Shown: in pieces, positions 38,574 to 51,163 of the stretch | How positions within the stretch are numbered: position 1 is the stretch's first letter | How the letters are laid out: the number at the start of each line of letters is the position of its first letter | Source of the DNA: Paragordius varius | Taxonomy: Eukaryota > Animalia > Nematomorpha | Length of the DNA: 64,000 bases | Direction: 5' to 3' | NCBI GenBank assembly: GCA_964247055.1 | Contig: OZ176050.1 | Coordinates: 62,001 to 126,000, forward strand | The notes under the pieces: model-generated | The model's input: only the letters and a program-made list of their open reading frames with translations | What the model was told of the DNA's origin: nothing | Databases searched by the model: none | Made by a program: the position numbers and the translations under genes

Positions 38574-41500
38574 CACCATAATTTTTTTTGGGTAGCCCTA
38601 TGGTAGTTCCATCATCACGCCAAATATTGTCGAGATCGGAGTATAAATGTAATTTTTATGAATTTTTTAAATATTTAAAAAATTTATTTTATACGATTTT
38701 AAAAATAAAAATGGCTACCTAAAATCCAAATTTGATCAGGTGATGTCGCCATAATTTTTTTTGGGTAGCCCTATGGTAGTTCCATCATCACGCCAAATAT
38801 TTTCGAGATCGGAGTATAAATGTAATTTTTTTGAATTTTTTAAATATTTAAAAAATTTATTTTATACGATTTTAAAAATAAAAATGGCTACCTAAAATCC
38901 AAATTTGATCAGGTGATGTCACCATAATTTTTTTTGCGTAGCCCTATGGTTGTTCCATCATCACCCCAAATATTTTCGAGATCGGAGTATAAATGTAATT
39001 TTTATGAATTTTTTAAATATTTAAAAAATTTATTTTATACGATTTTAAAAATAAAAATGGCTACCTAAAATCCAAATTTGATCAGGTGATGTCGCCATAA
39101 TTTTTTTTAGGTAGCCCTATGGTAGTTCCACTATCACCCCAAATATTTTGGGGATCGGACTATAAATGTAATTTTTATGAATTTTTTAAATATTTAAAAA
39201 ATTTATTTTATACGATTTTAAAAATAAAAATGGCTACCTAAAATCCAAATTTGATCAGGTGATGTCACTATAATTTTTTTTGGGTAGCCCTATGGTAGTT
39301 CCATCATCACCCCAAATATTTTGGGGATCGGACTATAAATGTAATTTTTATGAATTTTTTAAATATTTAAAAAATTTATTTTATACGATTTTAAAAATAA
39401 AAATGGCTACCTAAAATCCAAATTTGATCAGGTCATGTCGCCATAATTTTTTTTGCGTAGCCCTATGGTAGTTCCATCATCACCCCAAATATTTTGGGGA
39501 TCGGACTATAAATGTAATTTTTATGAATTTTTTAAATATTTAAAAAATTTATTTTATACGATTTTAAAAATAAAAATGGCTACCTAAAATCCAAATTTGA
39601 TCAGGTGATGTCACTATAATTTTTTTTGGGTAGCCCTATGGTAGTTCCATCATCACCCCAAATATTTTCGAGATCGGAGTATAAATGTAATTTTTTTGAA
39701 TTTTTTAAATATTTAAAAAATTTATTTTATACGATTTTAAAAATAAAAATGGCTACCTAAAATCCAAATTTGATCAGGTGATGTCGCCATAATTTTTTTG
39801 CGTAGCCCTATGGTAATTCCATCATCACCCCAAATATTTTGGGGATCGGACTATAATTGTAATTTTTATGAATTTTTTAAACATTTAAAAAATTTATTTT
39901 ATACGATTTTAAAAATAAAAATGGCTACCTAAAATCCAAATTTGATCAGGTGATGTCGCCATAATTTTTTTTGCGTAGCCCTATGGTTGTTCCATCATCA
40001 CCCCAAATATTTTCGAGATCGGACTATAAATGTAATTTTTATGAATTTTTTAAATATTTAAAAAATTTATTTTATACGATTTTAAAAATAAAAATGGCTA
40101 CCTAAAATCCAAATTTGATCAGGTGATGTCACTATAATTTTTTGTGGGTAGCCCTATGGTAGTTCCATCATCACGCCAAATATTGTCGAGATCGGAGTAT
40201 AAATGTAATTTTTATGAATTTTTTAAATATTTAAAAAATTTATTTTATACGATTTTAAAAATAAAAATGGCTACCTAAAATCCAAATTTGATCAGGTGAT
40301 GTCGCCATAATTTTTTTTGCGTAGCCCTATGGTTGTTCCATCATCACCCCAAATATTTTGGGGATCGGACTATAAATGTAATTTTTATGAATTTTTTAAA
40401 TATTTAAAAAATTTATTTTATACGATTTTAAAAATAAAAATGGCTACCTAAAATCCAAATTTGATCAGGTGATGTCACTATAATTTTTTTTGGGTAGCCC
40501 TATGGTAGTTCCATCATCACCCCAAATATTTTCGAGATCGGAGTATAAATGTAATTTTTATGAATTTTTTAAATATTTAAAAAATTTATTTTATACGATT
40601 TTAAAAATAAAAATGGCTACCTAAAATCCAAATTTGATCAGGTGATGTCACCATAATTTTTTTTGGGTAGCCCTATGGTAGTTCCACTATCACCCCAAAT
40701 ATTTTGGGGATCGGACTATAAATGTAATTTTTATGAATTTTTTAAATATTTAAAAAATTTATTTTATACGATTTTAAAAATAAAAATGGCTACCTAAAAT
40801 CCAAATTTGATCAGGTGATGTCACCATAATTTTTTTTGCGTAGCCCTATGGTAGTTCCATCATCACCCCAAATATTTTGGGGATCGGACTATAAATGTAA
40901 TTTTTATGAATTTTTTAAATATTTAAAAAATTTATTTTATACGATTTTAAAAATAAAAATGGCTACCTAAAATCCAAATTTGATCAGGTGATGTCACCAT
41001 AATTTTTTTTGCGTAGCCCTATGGTAGTTCCATCATCACCCCAAATATTTTGGGGATCGGACTATAAATGTAATTTTTATGAATTTTTTAAATATTTAAA
41101 AAATTTATTTTATACTATTTTAAAAATAAAAATAACTACCTAAAATCCAAATTTGATCAGGTGATGTCACTATAATTTTTTTTGGGTAGCCCTATGGTAG
41201 TTCCATCATCACCCCAAATATTTTGGGGATCGGACTATAAATGTAATTTTTATGAATTTTTTAAACATTTAAAAAATTTATTTTATACGATTTTAAAAAT
41301 AAAAATGGCTACCTAAAATCCAAATTTGATCAGGTGATGTCGCCATAATTTATTTTGGGTAGCCCTATGGTAGTTCCATCATCACCCCAAATATTTTCGA
41401 GATCGGAGTATAAATGTAATTTTTTTGAATTTTTTAAATATTTAAAAAATTTATTTTATACGATTTTAAAAATAAAAATGGCTACCTAAAATCCAAATTT

Positions 41501-42551
41501 GATCAGGTGATGTCGCCATAATTTTTTTTGCGTAGCCCTATGGTTGTTCCATCATCACCCCAAATATTTTGGGGATCGGACTATAAATGTAATTTTTATG
41601 AATTTTTTAAATATTTAAAAAATTTATTTTATACGATTTTAAAAATAAAAATGGCTACCTAAAATCCAAATTTGATCAGGTGATGTCACCATAATTTTTT
41701 TTGGGTAGCCCTATGGTAGTTCCATCATCACCCCAAATATTTTCGAGATCGGACTATAAATGTAATTTTTATGAATTTTTTAAATATTTAAAAAATTTAT
41801 TTTATGCGATATTAAAAATAAAAATGGCTACCTAAAATCCAAATTTGATCAGGTGATGTCACCATAATTTTTTTTGGGTAGCCCTATGGTAGTTCCATCA
41901 TCACCCCAAATATTTTGGGGATCGGACTATAAATGTAATTTTTATGAATTTTTTAAATATTTTAAAAATTTATTTTATACTATTTTAAAAATAAAAATAA
42001 CTACCTAAAATCCAAATTTGATCAGGTGATGTCACTATAATTTTTTTTGGGTAGCCCTATGGTAGTTCCATCATCACCCCAAATATTTTGGGGATCGGAC
42101 TATAAATGTAATTTTTATAAATTTTTTAAATATTTAAAAAATTTATTTTATACGATTTTAAAAATAAAAATGGCTACCTAAAATCCAAATTTGATCAGGT
42201 GATGTCACTATAATTTTTTTTGGGTGGCCCTATGGTAGTTCCATCATCACGCCATATATTGTCGAGATCGGAGTATAAATGTAATTTTTATGAATTTTTT
42301 AAATATTTAAAAAATTTATTTTATACGATTTTAAAAATAAAAATGGCTACCTAAAATCCAAATTTGATCAGGTGATGTCACCATAATTTTTTTTGGGTAG
42401 CCCTATGGTAGTTCCATCATCACCCCAAATATTTTGGGGATCGGACTATAAATGTAATTTTTATGAATTTTTTAAATATTTAAAAAATTTATTTTATACG
42501 ATTTTAAAAATAAAAATGGCTACCTAAAATCCAAATTTGATCAGGTGATGT

Positions 42552-45500
42552 CACTATAATTTTTTTTTGGTGGCCCTATGGTTGTCCCATCATCACCCCA
42601 AATATTTTGGGGATCAGACTATAAATGTAATTTTTATGAATTTTTTAAATATTTAAAAAATTTATTTTATACGATTTTAAAAATAAAAATGGCTACCTAA
42701 AATCCAAATTTGATCAGGTGATGTCAGTATAATTTTTTTTGGGTAGCCCTATGGTAGTTCCATCATCACCCCAAATATTGTCGAGATCGGAGTATAAATG
42801 TAATTTTTATGAATTTTTTAAATATTTAAAAAATTTATTTTATACGATTTTAAAAATAAAAATGGCTACCTAAAATCCAAATTTGATCAGGTGATGTCAC
42901 TATAATTTTTTTTGGGTAGCCCTATGGTAATTCCATCATCACCCCAAATATTTTGGGGATCGGACTATAAATGTAATTTTTATGAATTTTTTAAACATTT
43001 AAAAAATTTATTTTATACGATTTTAAAAATAAAAATGGCTACCTAAAATCCAAATTTGATCAGGTGATGTCGCCATAATTTTTTTTGCGTAGCCCTATGG
43101 TTGTTCCATCATCACCCCAAATATTTTCGAGATCGGACTATAAATGTAATTTTTATGAATTTTTTAAATATTTAAAAAATTTATTTTATACGATTTTAAA
43201 AATAAAAATGGCTACCTAAAATCCAAATTTGATCAGGTGATGTCACTATAATTTTTTTTGGGTAGCCCTATGGTAGTTCCATCATCACGCCAAATATTGT
43301 CGAGATCGGAGTATAAATGTAATTTTTATGAATTTTTTAAATATTTAAAACATTTATTTTATACGATTTTAAAAATAAAAATGGCTACCTAAAATCCAAA
43401 TTTGATCAGGTGATGTCGCCATAATTTTTTTTGCGTAGCCCTATGGTTGTTCCATCATCACCCCAAATATTTTGGGGATCGGACTATAAATGTAATTTTT
43501 ATGAATTTTTTAAATATTTAAAAAATTTATTTTATACGATTTTAAAAATAAAAATGGCTACCTAAAATCCAAATTTGATCAGGTGATGTCACTATAATTT
43601 TTTTTGGGTAGCCCTATGGTAGTTCCATCATCACCCCAAATATTTTCGAGATCGGAGTATAAATGTAATTTTTATGAATTTTTTAAATATTTAAAAAATT
43701 TATTTTATACGATTTTAAAAATAAAAATGGCTACCTAAAATCCAAATTTGATCAGGTGATGTCACCATAATTTTTTTTGGGTAGCCCATCATCACCCCAA
43801 ATATTTTGGCGATCGGACTATAAATGTAATTTTTATGAATTTTTTAAATATTTAAAAAATTTATTTTATACGATTTTAAAAATAAAAATGGCTACCTAAA
43901 ATCCAAATTTGATCAGGTGATATCACTATAATTTATTTTGGGTAGCCCTATGGTAGTTCCATCATCACCCCAAATATTTTGGGGATCGGACTATAAATGT
44001 AATTTTTATGAATTTTTTAAATATTTAAAAAATTTATTTTATACGATTTTAAAAATAAAAATGGCTACCTAAAATCCAAATTTGATCAGGTGATGTCACT
44101 ATAATTTTTTTTTGGTGGCCCTATGGTTGTCCCATCATCACCCCAAATATTTTGGGGATCAGACTATAAATGTAATTTTTATGAATTTTTTAAATATTTA
44201 AAAAATTTATTTTATACGATTTTAAAAATAAAAATGGCTACCTAAAATCCAAATTTGATCAGGTGATGTCAGTATAATTTTTTTTGGGTAGCCCTATGGT
44301 AGTTCCATCATCACCTCAAATATTGTCGAGATCGGAGTATAAATGTAATTTTTATGAATTTTTTAAATATTTAAAAAATTTATTTTATACGATTTTAAAA
44401 ATAAAAATGGCTACCTAAAATCCAAATTTGATCAGGTGATGTCACTATAATTTTTTTTGGGTAGCCCTATGGTAATTCCATCATCACCCCAAATATTTTG
44501 GGGATCGGACTATAAATGTAATTTTTATGAATTTTTTAAACATTTAAAAAATTTATTTTATACGATTTTAAAAATAAAAATGGCTACCTAAAATCCAAAT
44601 TTGATCAGGTGATGTCGCCATAATTTTTTTTGCGTAGCCCTATGGTTGTTCCATCATCACCCCAAATATTTTCGAGATCGGACTATAAATGTAATTTTTA
44701 TGAATTTTTTAAATATTTAAAAAATTTATTTTATACGATTTTAAAAATAAAAATGGCTACCTAAAATCCAAATTTGATCAGGTGATGTCACTATAATTTT
44801 TTTTGGGTAGCCCTATGGTAGTTCCATCATCACGCCAAATATTGTCGAGATCGGAGTATAAATGTAATTTTTATGAATTTTTTAAATATTTAAAACATTT
44901 ATTTTATACGATTTTAAAAATAAAAATGGCTACCTAAAATCCAAATTTGATCAGGTGATGTCGCCATAATTTTTTTTGCGTAGCCCTATGGTTGTTCCAT
45001 CATCACCCCAAATATTTTGGGGATCGGACTATAAATGTAATTTTTATGAATTTTTTAAATATTTAAAAAATTTATTTTATACGATTTTAAAAATAAAAAT
45101 GGCTACCTAAAATCCAAATTTGATCAGGTGATGTCACTATAATTTTTTTTGGGTAGCCCTATGGTAGTTCCATCATCACCCCAAATATTTTCGAGATCGG
45201 AGTATAAATGTAATTTTTATGAATTTTTTAAATATTTAAAAAATTTATTTTATACGATTTTAAAAATAAAAATGGCTACCTAAAATCCAAATTTGATCAG
45301 GTGATGTCACCATAATTTTTTTTGGGTAGCCCATCATCACCCCAAATATTTTGGCGATCGGACTATAAATGTAATTTTTATGAATTTTTGAAATATTTAA
45401 AAAATTTATTTTATACGATTTTAAAAATAAAAATGGCTACCTAAAATCCAAATTTGATCAGGTGATATCACTATAATTTATTTTGGGTAGCCCTATGGTA

Positions 45501-45641
45501 GTTCCATCATCACCCCAAATATTTTGGCGATCGGACTATAAATGTAATTTTTATGATTTTTTTAAATATTTAAAAAATTTATTTTATACGATTTTAAAAA
45601 TAAAAATGGCTACCTAAAATCCAAATTTGATCAGGTGATGT
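42552..45641 (+). repeat. Tandem 9-monomer duplication (1545 bp = 9x173 - 12)
   Basis: Both copies carry GGTGGCC/GATCAGAC, CAGTATA, AAAACATTT, the 12-bp deletion monomer (GTAGCCC|ATC) and GATATCACT in the same order. Confidence 0.93.
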
Positions 45642-47025
45642 CACTATAATTTTTTTTGGGTGGCCCTATGGTAGTTCCATCATCACGCCAAATATTGTCG
45701 AGATCGGAGTATAAATGTAATTTTTATGAATTTTTTAAATATTTAAAAAATTTATTTTATACGATTTTAAAAATAAAAATGGCTACCTAAAATCCAAATT
45801 TGATCAGGTGATGTCGCCATAATTTTTTTTGCGTAGCCCTATGGTTGTTCCATCATCACCCCAAATATTTTCGAGATCGGAGTATAAATGTAATTTTTAT
45901 GAATTTTTTAAATATTTAAAAAATTTATTTTATACGATTTTAAAAATAAAAATGGCTACCTAAAATCCAAATTTGATCAGGTGATGTCACTATAATTTTT
46001 TTTGGGTAGCCCTATGGTAGTTCCATCATCACGCCAAATATTGTCGAGATCGGAGTATAAATGTAATTTTTATGAATTTTTTAAATATTTAAAAAATTTA
46101 TTTTATACGATTTTAAAAATAAAAATGGCTACCTAAAATCCAAATTTGATCAGGTGATGTCGCCATAATTTTTTTTGCGTAGCCCTATGGTTGTTCCATC
46201 ATCACCCCAAATATTTTCGAGATCGGAGTATAAATGTAATTTTTATGAATTTTTTAAATATTTAAAAAATTTATTTTATACGATTTTAAAAATAAAAATG
46301 GCTACCTAAAATCCAAATTTGATCAGGTGATGTCACCATAATTTTTTTTTGGGTAGCCCTATGGTAATTCCATCATCACCCCAAATATTTTGGGGATCGG
46401 ACTATAAATGTAATTTTTATGAATTTTTTAAACATTTAAAAAATTTATTTTATACGATTTTAAAAATAAAAATGGCTACCTAAAATCCAAATTTGATCAG
46501 GTGATGTCACCATAATTTTTTTTGGGTAGCCCTATGGTAATTCCATCATCACGCCAAATATTGTCGAGATCGGAGTATAAATGTAATTTTTATGAATTTT
46601 TTAAATATTTAAAAAATTTATTTTATACGATTTTAAAAATAAAAATGGCTACCTAAAATCCAAATTTGATCAGGTGATGTCGCCATAATTTTTTTTGCGT
46701 AGCCCTATGGTTGTTCCATCATCACCTCAAATATTTTGGGGATCGGACTATAAATGTAATTTTTATGAATTTTTTAAATATTTAAAAAATTTATTTTATA
46801 CGATTTTAAAAATAAAAATGGCTACCTAAAATTCAAATTTGATCAGGTGATGTCACCATAATTTTTTTTGGGTAGCCCTATGGTAGTTCCATCATCACCC
46901 CAAATATTTTGGGGATCGGAGTATAAATGTAATTTTTATGAATTTTTTAAATATTTAAAAATTTATTTTATACGATTTTAAAAATAAAAATGGCTACCTA
47001 AAATCCAAATTTGATCAGGTGATGT

Positions 47026-50000
47026 CGCCATAATTTTTTTTAGGTAGCTCTATGGTAGTTCCATCATCACCCCAAATATTTTGGCGATCGGACTATAAAT
47101 GTAATTTTTATGAATTTTTTAAACATTTAAAAAATTTATTTTATACGATTTTTAAAATAAAAATGGCTACCTAAAATCCAAATTTGATCAGGTGATGTCG
47201 CCATAATTTTTTTTGCGTAGCCCTATGGTTGCCCCATCATCACCCCAAATATTTTGGGGATCAGACTATAAATGTAATTTTTATGAATTTTTTAAATATT
47301 TAAAAAATTTATTTTATACGATTTTAAAAATAAAAATGGCTACCTAAAATCCAAATTTGATCAGGTGATGTCACTATAATTTTTTTTGGGGAGCCCTATG
47401 GTAGTTCCATCATCACCCCAAATATTGTCGAGATCGGAGTATAAATGTAATTTTTATGAATTTTTAAATATTTAAAAAATTTATTTTATACGATTTTAAA
47501 AATAAAAATGGCTACCTAAAATCCAAATTTGATCAGGTGATGTCACTATAATTTTTTTTGGGTAGCCCTATGGTAGTTCCATCATCACCCCAAATATTTT
47601 CGAGATCGGAGTATAAATGTAATTTTTATGAATTTTTTAAATATTTAAAAAATTTATTTTATACGATTTTAAAAATAAAAATGGCTACCTAAAATCCAAA
47701 TTTGATCAGGTGATGTCACCATAATTTTTTTTGGGTAGCCCTATGGTAGTTCCACTATCACCCCAAATATTTTGGGGATCGGACTATAAATGTAATTTTT
47801 ATGAATTTTTTAAATATTTAAAAAATTTATTTTATACGATTTTAAAAATAAAAATGGCTACCTAAAATCCAAATTTGATCAGGTGATGTCACCATAATTT
47901 TTTTTGCGTAGCCCTATGGTAGTTCCACACCCCAAATATTTTGGGGATCGGACTATAAATGTAATTTTTATGAATTTTTTAAATATTTAAAAAATTTATT
48001 TTATACGATTTTAAAAATAAAAATGGCTACCTAAAATCCAAATTTGATCAGGTGATGTCACCATAATTTTTTTTGCGTAGCCCTATGGTTCCATCATCAC
48101 CCCAAATATTTTGGGGATCGGACTATAAATGTAATTTTTATGAATTTTTTAAATATTTAAAAAATTTATTTTATACTATTTTAAAAATAAAAATAACTAC
48201 CTAAAATCCAAATTTGATCAGGTGATGTCACTATAATTTTTTTTGGGTAGCCCTATGGTAGTTCCATCATCACGCCAAATATTGTCGAGATCGGAGTATA
48301 AATGTAATTTTTATGAATTTTTTAAATATTTAAAAAATTTATTTTATACGATTTTAAAAATAAAAATGGCTACCTATAATCCAAATTTGATCAGGTGATG
48401 TCGCCATAATTTTTTTTGCCTAGCCCTATGGTTGTTCCATCATCACCCCAAATATTTTGGGGATCGGACTATAAATGTAATTTTTATGAATTTTTTAAAT
48501 ATTTAAAAAATTTATTTTATACGATTTTAAAAATAAAAATGGCTACCTAAAATCCAAATTTGATCAGGTGATGTCACTATAATTTTTTTTGGGTAGCCCT
48601 ATGGTAGTTCCATCATCACCCCAAATATTTTCGAGATCGGAGTATAAATGTAATTTTTATGAATTTTTTAAATATTTAAAAAATTTATTTTATACGATTT
48701 TAAAAATAAAAATGGCTACCTAAAATCCAAATTTGATCAGGTGATGTCACCATAATTTTTTTTAGGTAGCTCTATGGTAGTTCCATCATCACCCCAAATA
48801 TTTTGGCGATCGGACTATAAATGTAATTTTTATGAATTTTTTAAACATTTAAAAAATTTATTTTATACGATTTTTAAAATAAAAATGGCTACCTAAAATC
48901 CAAATTTGATCAGGTGATGTCGCCATAATTTTTTTTGCGTAGCCCTATGGTTGCCCCATCATCACCCCAAATATTTTGGGGATCAGACTATAAATGTAAT
49001 TTTTATGAATTTTTTAAATATTTAAAAAATTTATTTTATACGATTTTAAAAATAAAAATGGCTACCTAAAATCCAAATTTGATCAGGTGATGTCACTATA
49101 ATTTTTTTTGGGTAGCCCTATGGTAGTTCCATCATCACCCCAAATATTGTCGAGATCGGAGTATAAATGTAATTTTTATGAATTTTTAAATATTTAAAAA
49201 ATTTATTTTATACGATTTTAAAAATAAAAATGGCTACCTAAAATCCAAATTTGATCAGGTGATGTCACTATAATTTTTTTTGGGTAGCCCTATGGTAGTT
49301 CCACTATCACCCCAAATATTTTGGGGATCGGACTATAAATGTAATTTTTATGAATTTTTTAAATATTTAAAAAATTTATTTTATACGATTTTAAAAATAA
49401 AAATGGCTACCTAAAATCCAAATTTGATCAGGTGATGTCACCATAATTTTTTTTGCGTAGCCCTATGGTAGTTCCACACCCCAAATATTTTGGGGATCGG
49501 ACTATAAATGTAATTTTTATGAATTTTTTAAATATTTAAAAAATTTATTTTATACGATTTTAAAAATAAAAATGGCTACCTAAAATCCAAATTTGATCAG
49601 GTGATGTCACCATAATTTTTTTTGCGTAGCCCTATGGTAGTTCCATCATCACCCCAAATATTTTGGGGATCGGACTATAAATGTAATTTTTATGAATTTT
49701 TTAAATATTTAAAAAATTTATTTTATACTATTTTAAAAATAAAAATAACTACCTAAAATCCAAATTTGATCAGGTGATGTCACTATAATTTTTTTTGGGT
49801 AGCCCTATGGTAGTTCCATCATCACGCCAAATATTGTCGAGATCGGAGTATAAATGTAATTTTTATGAATTTTTTAAATATTTAAAAAATTTATTTTATA
49901 CGATTTTAAAAATAAAAATGGCTACCTATAATCCAAATTTGATCTGGTGATGTCGCCATAATTTTTTTTGCCTAGCCCTATGGTTGTTCCATCATCACCC

Positions 50001-50299
50001 CAAATATTTTGGGGATCGGACTATAAATGTAATTTTTATGAATTTTTTAAATATTTAAAAAATTTATTTTATACGATTTTAAAAATAAAAATGGCTACCT
50101 AAAATCCAAATTTGATCAGGTGATGTCACTATAATTTTTTTTGGGTAGCCCTATGGTAGTTCCATCATCACCCCAAATATTTTCGAGATCGGAGTATAAA
50201 TGTAATTTTTATGAATTTTTTAAATATTTAAAAAATTTATTTTATACGATTTTAAAAATAAAAATGGCTACCTAAAATCCAAATTTGATCAGGTGATGT
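47026..50299 (+). repeat. Tandem duplication: 10-mer (47026-48747) followed by a 9-mer copy (48748-50299) lacking one monomer
   Basis: Shared markers TAGGTAGCTCT, TTGCCCC/GATCAGAC, TTCCACACCCC (4-bp deletion), CCTATAATCC and GCCTAGCCC. The offset drops from 1722 to 1549 bp mid-block. Confidence 0.88.
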
Positions 50300-51163
50300 C
50301 ACCATAATTTTTTTTGGGTAGCCCTATGGTAGTTCCACTATCACCCCAAATATTTTGGGGATCGGACTATAAATGTAATTTTTATGAATTTTTTAAATAT
50401 TTAAAAAATTTATTTTATACGATTTTAAAAATAAAAATGGCTACCTAAAATCCAAATTTGATCAGGTGATGTCGCCATAATTTATTTTGGGTAGCCCTAT
50501 GGTAGTTCCATCATCACCCCAAATATTTTCGAGATCGGAGTATAAATGTAATTTTTTTGAATTTTTTAAATATTTAAAAAATTTATTTTATACGATTTTA
50601 AAAATAAAAATGGCTACCTAAAATCCAAATTTGATCAGGTGATGTCACCATAATTTTTTTTGCGTAGCCCTATGGTAGTTCCATCATCACCCCAAATATT
50701 TTGGGGATCGGACTATAAATGTAATTTTTATGAATTTTTTAAATATTTAAAAAATTTATTTTATACGATTTTAAAAATAAAAATGGCTACCTAAAATCCA
50801 AATTTGATCAGGTGATGTCACTATAATTTTTTTTGGGTAGCCCTATGGTAGTTCCATCATCACCCCAAATATTTTGGGGATCGGACTATAAATGTAATTT
50901 TTATGAATTTTTTAAATATTTAAAAAATTTATTTTATACGATATTAAAAATAAAAATGGCTACCTAAAATCCAAATTTGATAAGGTGATGTCACTATAAT
51001 TTTTTTGGGTAGCCCTATGGTAGTTCCATCATCACCCCAAATATTTTCGAGATCGGAGTATAAATGTAATTTTTTTGAATTTTTTAAATATCTAAAAAAT
51101 TTATTTTATACGATTTTAAAAATAAAAATGGCTACCTAAAATCCAAATTTGATCAGGTGATGT

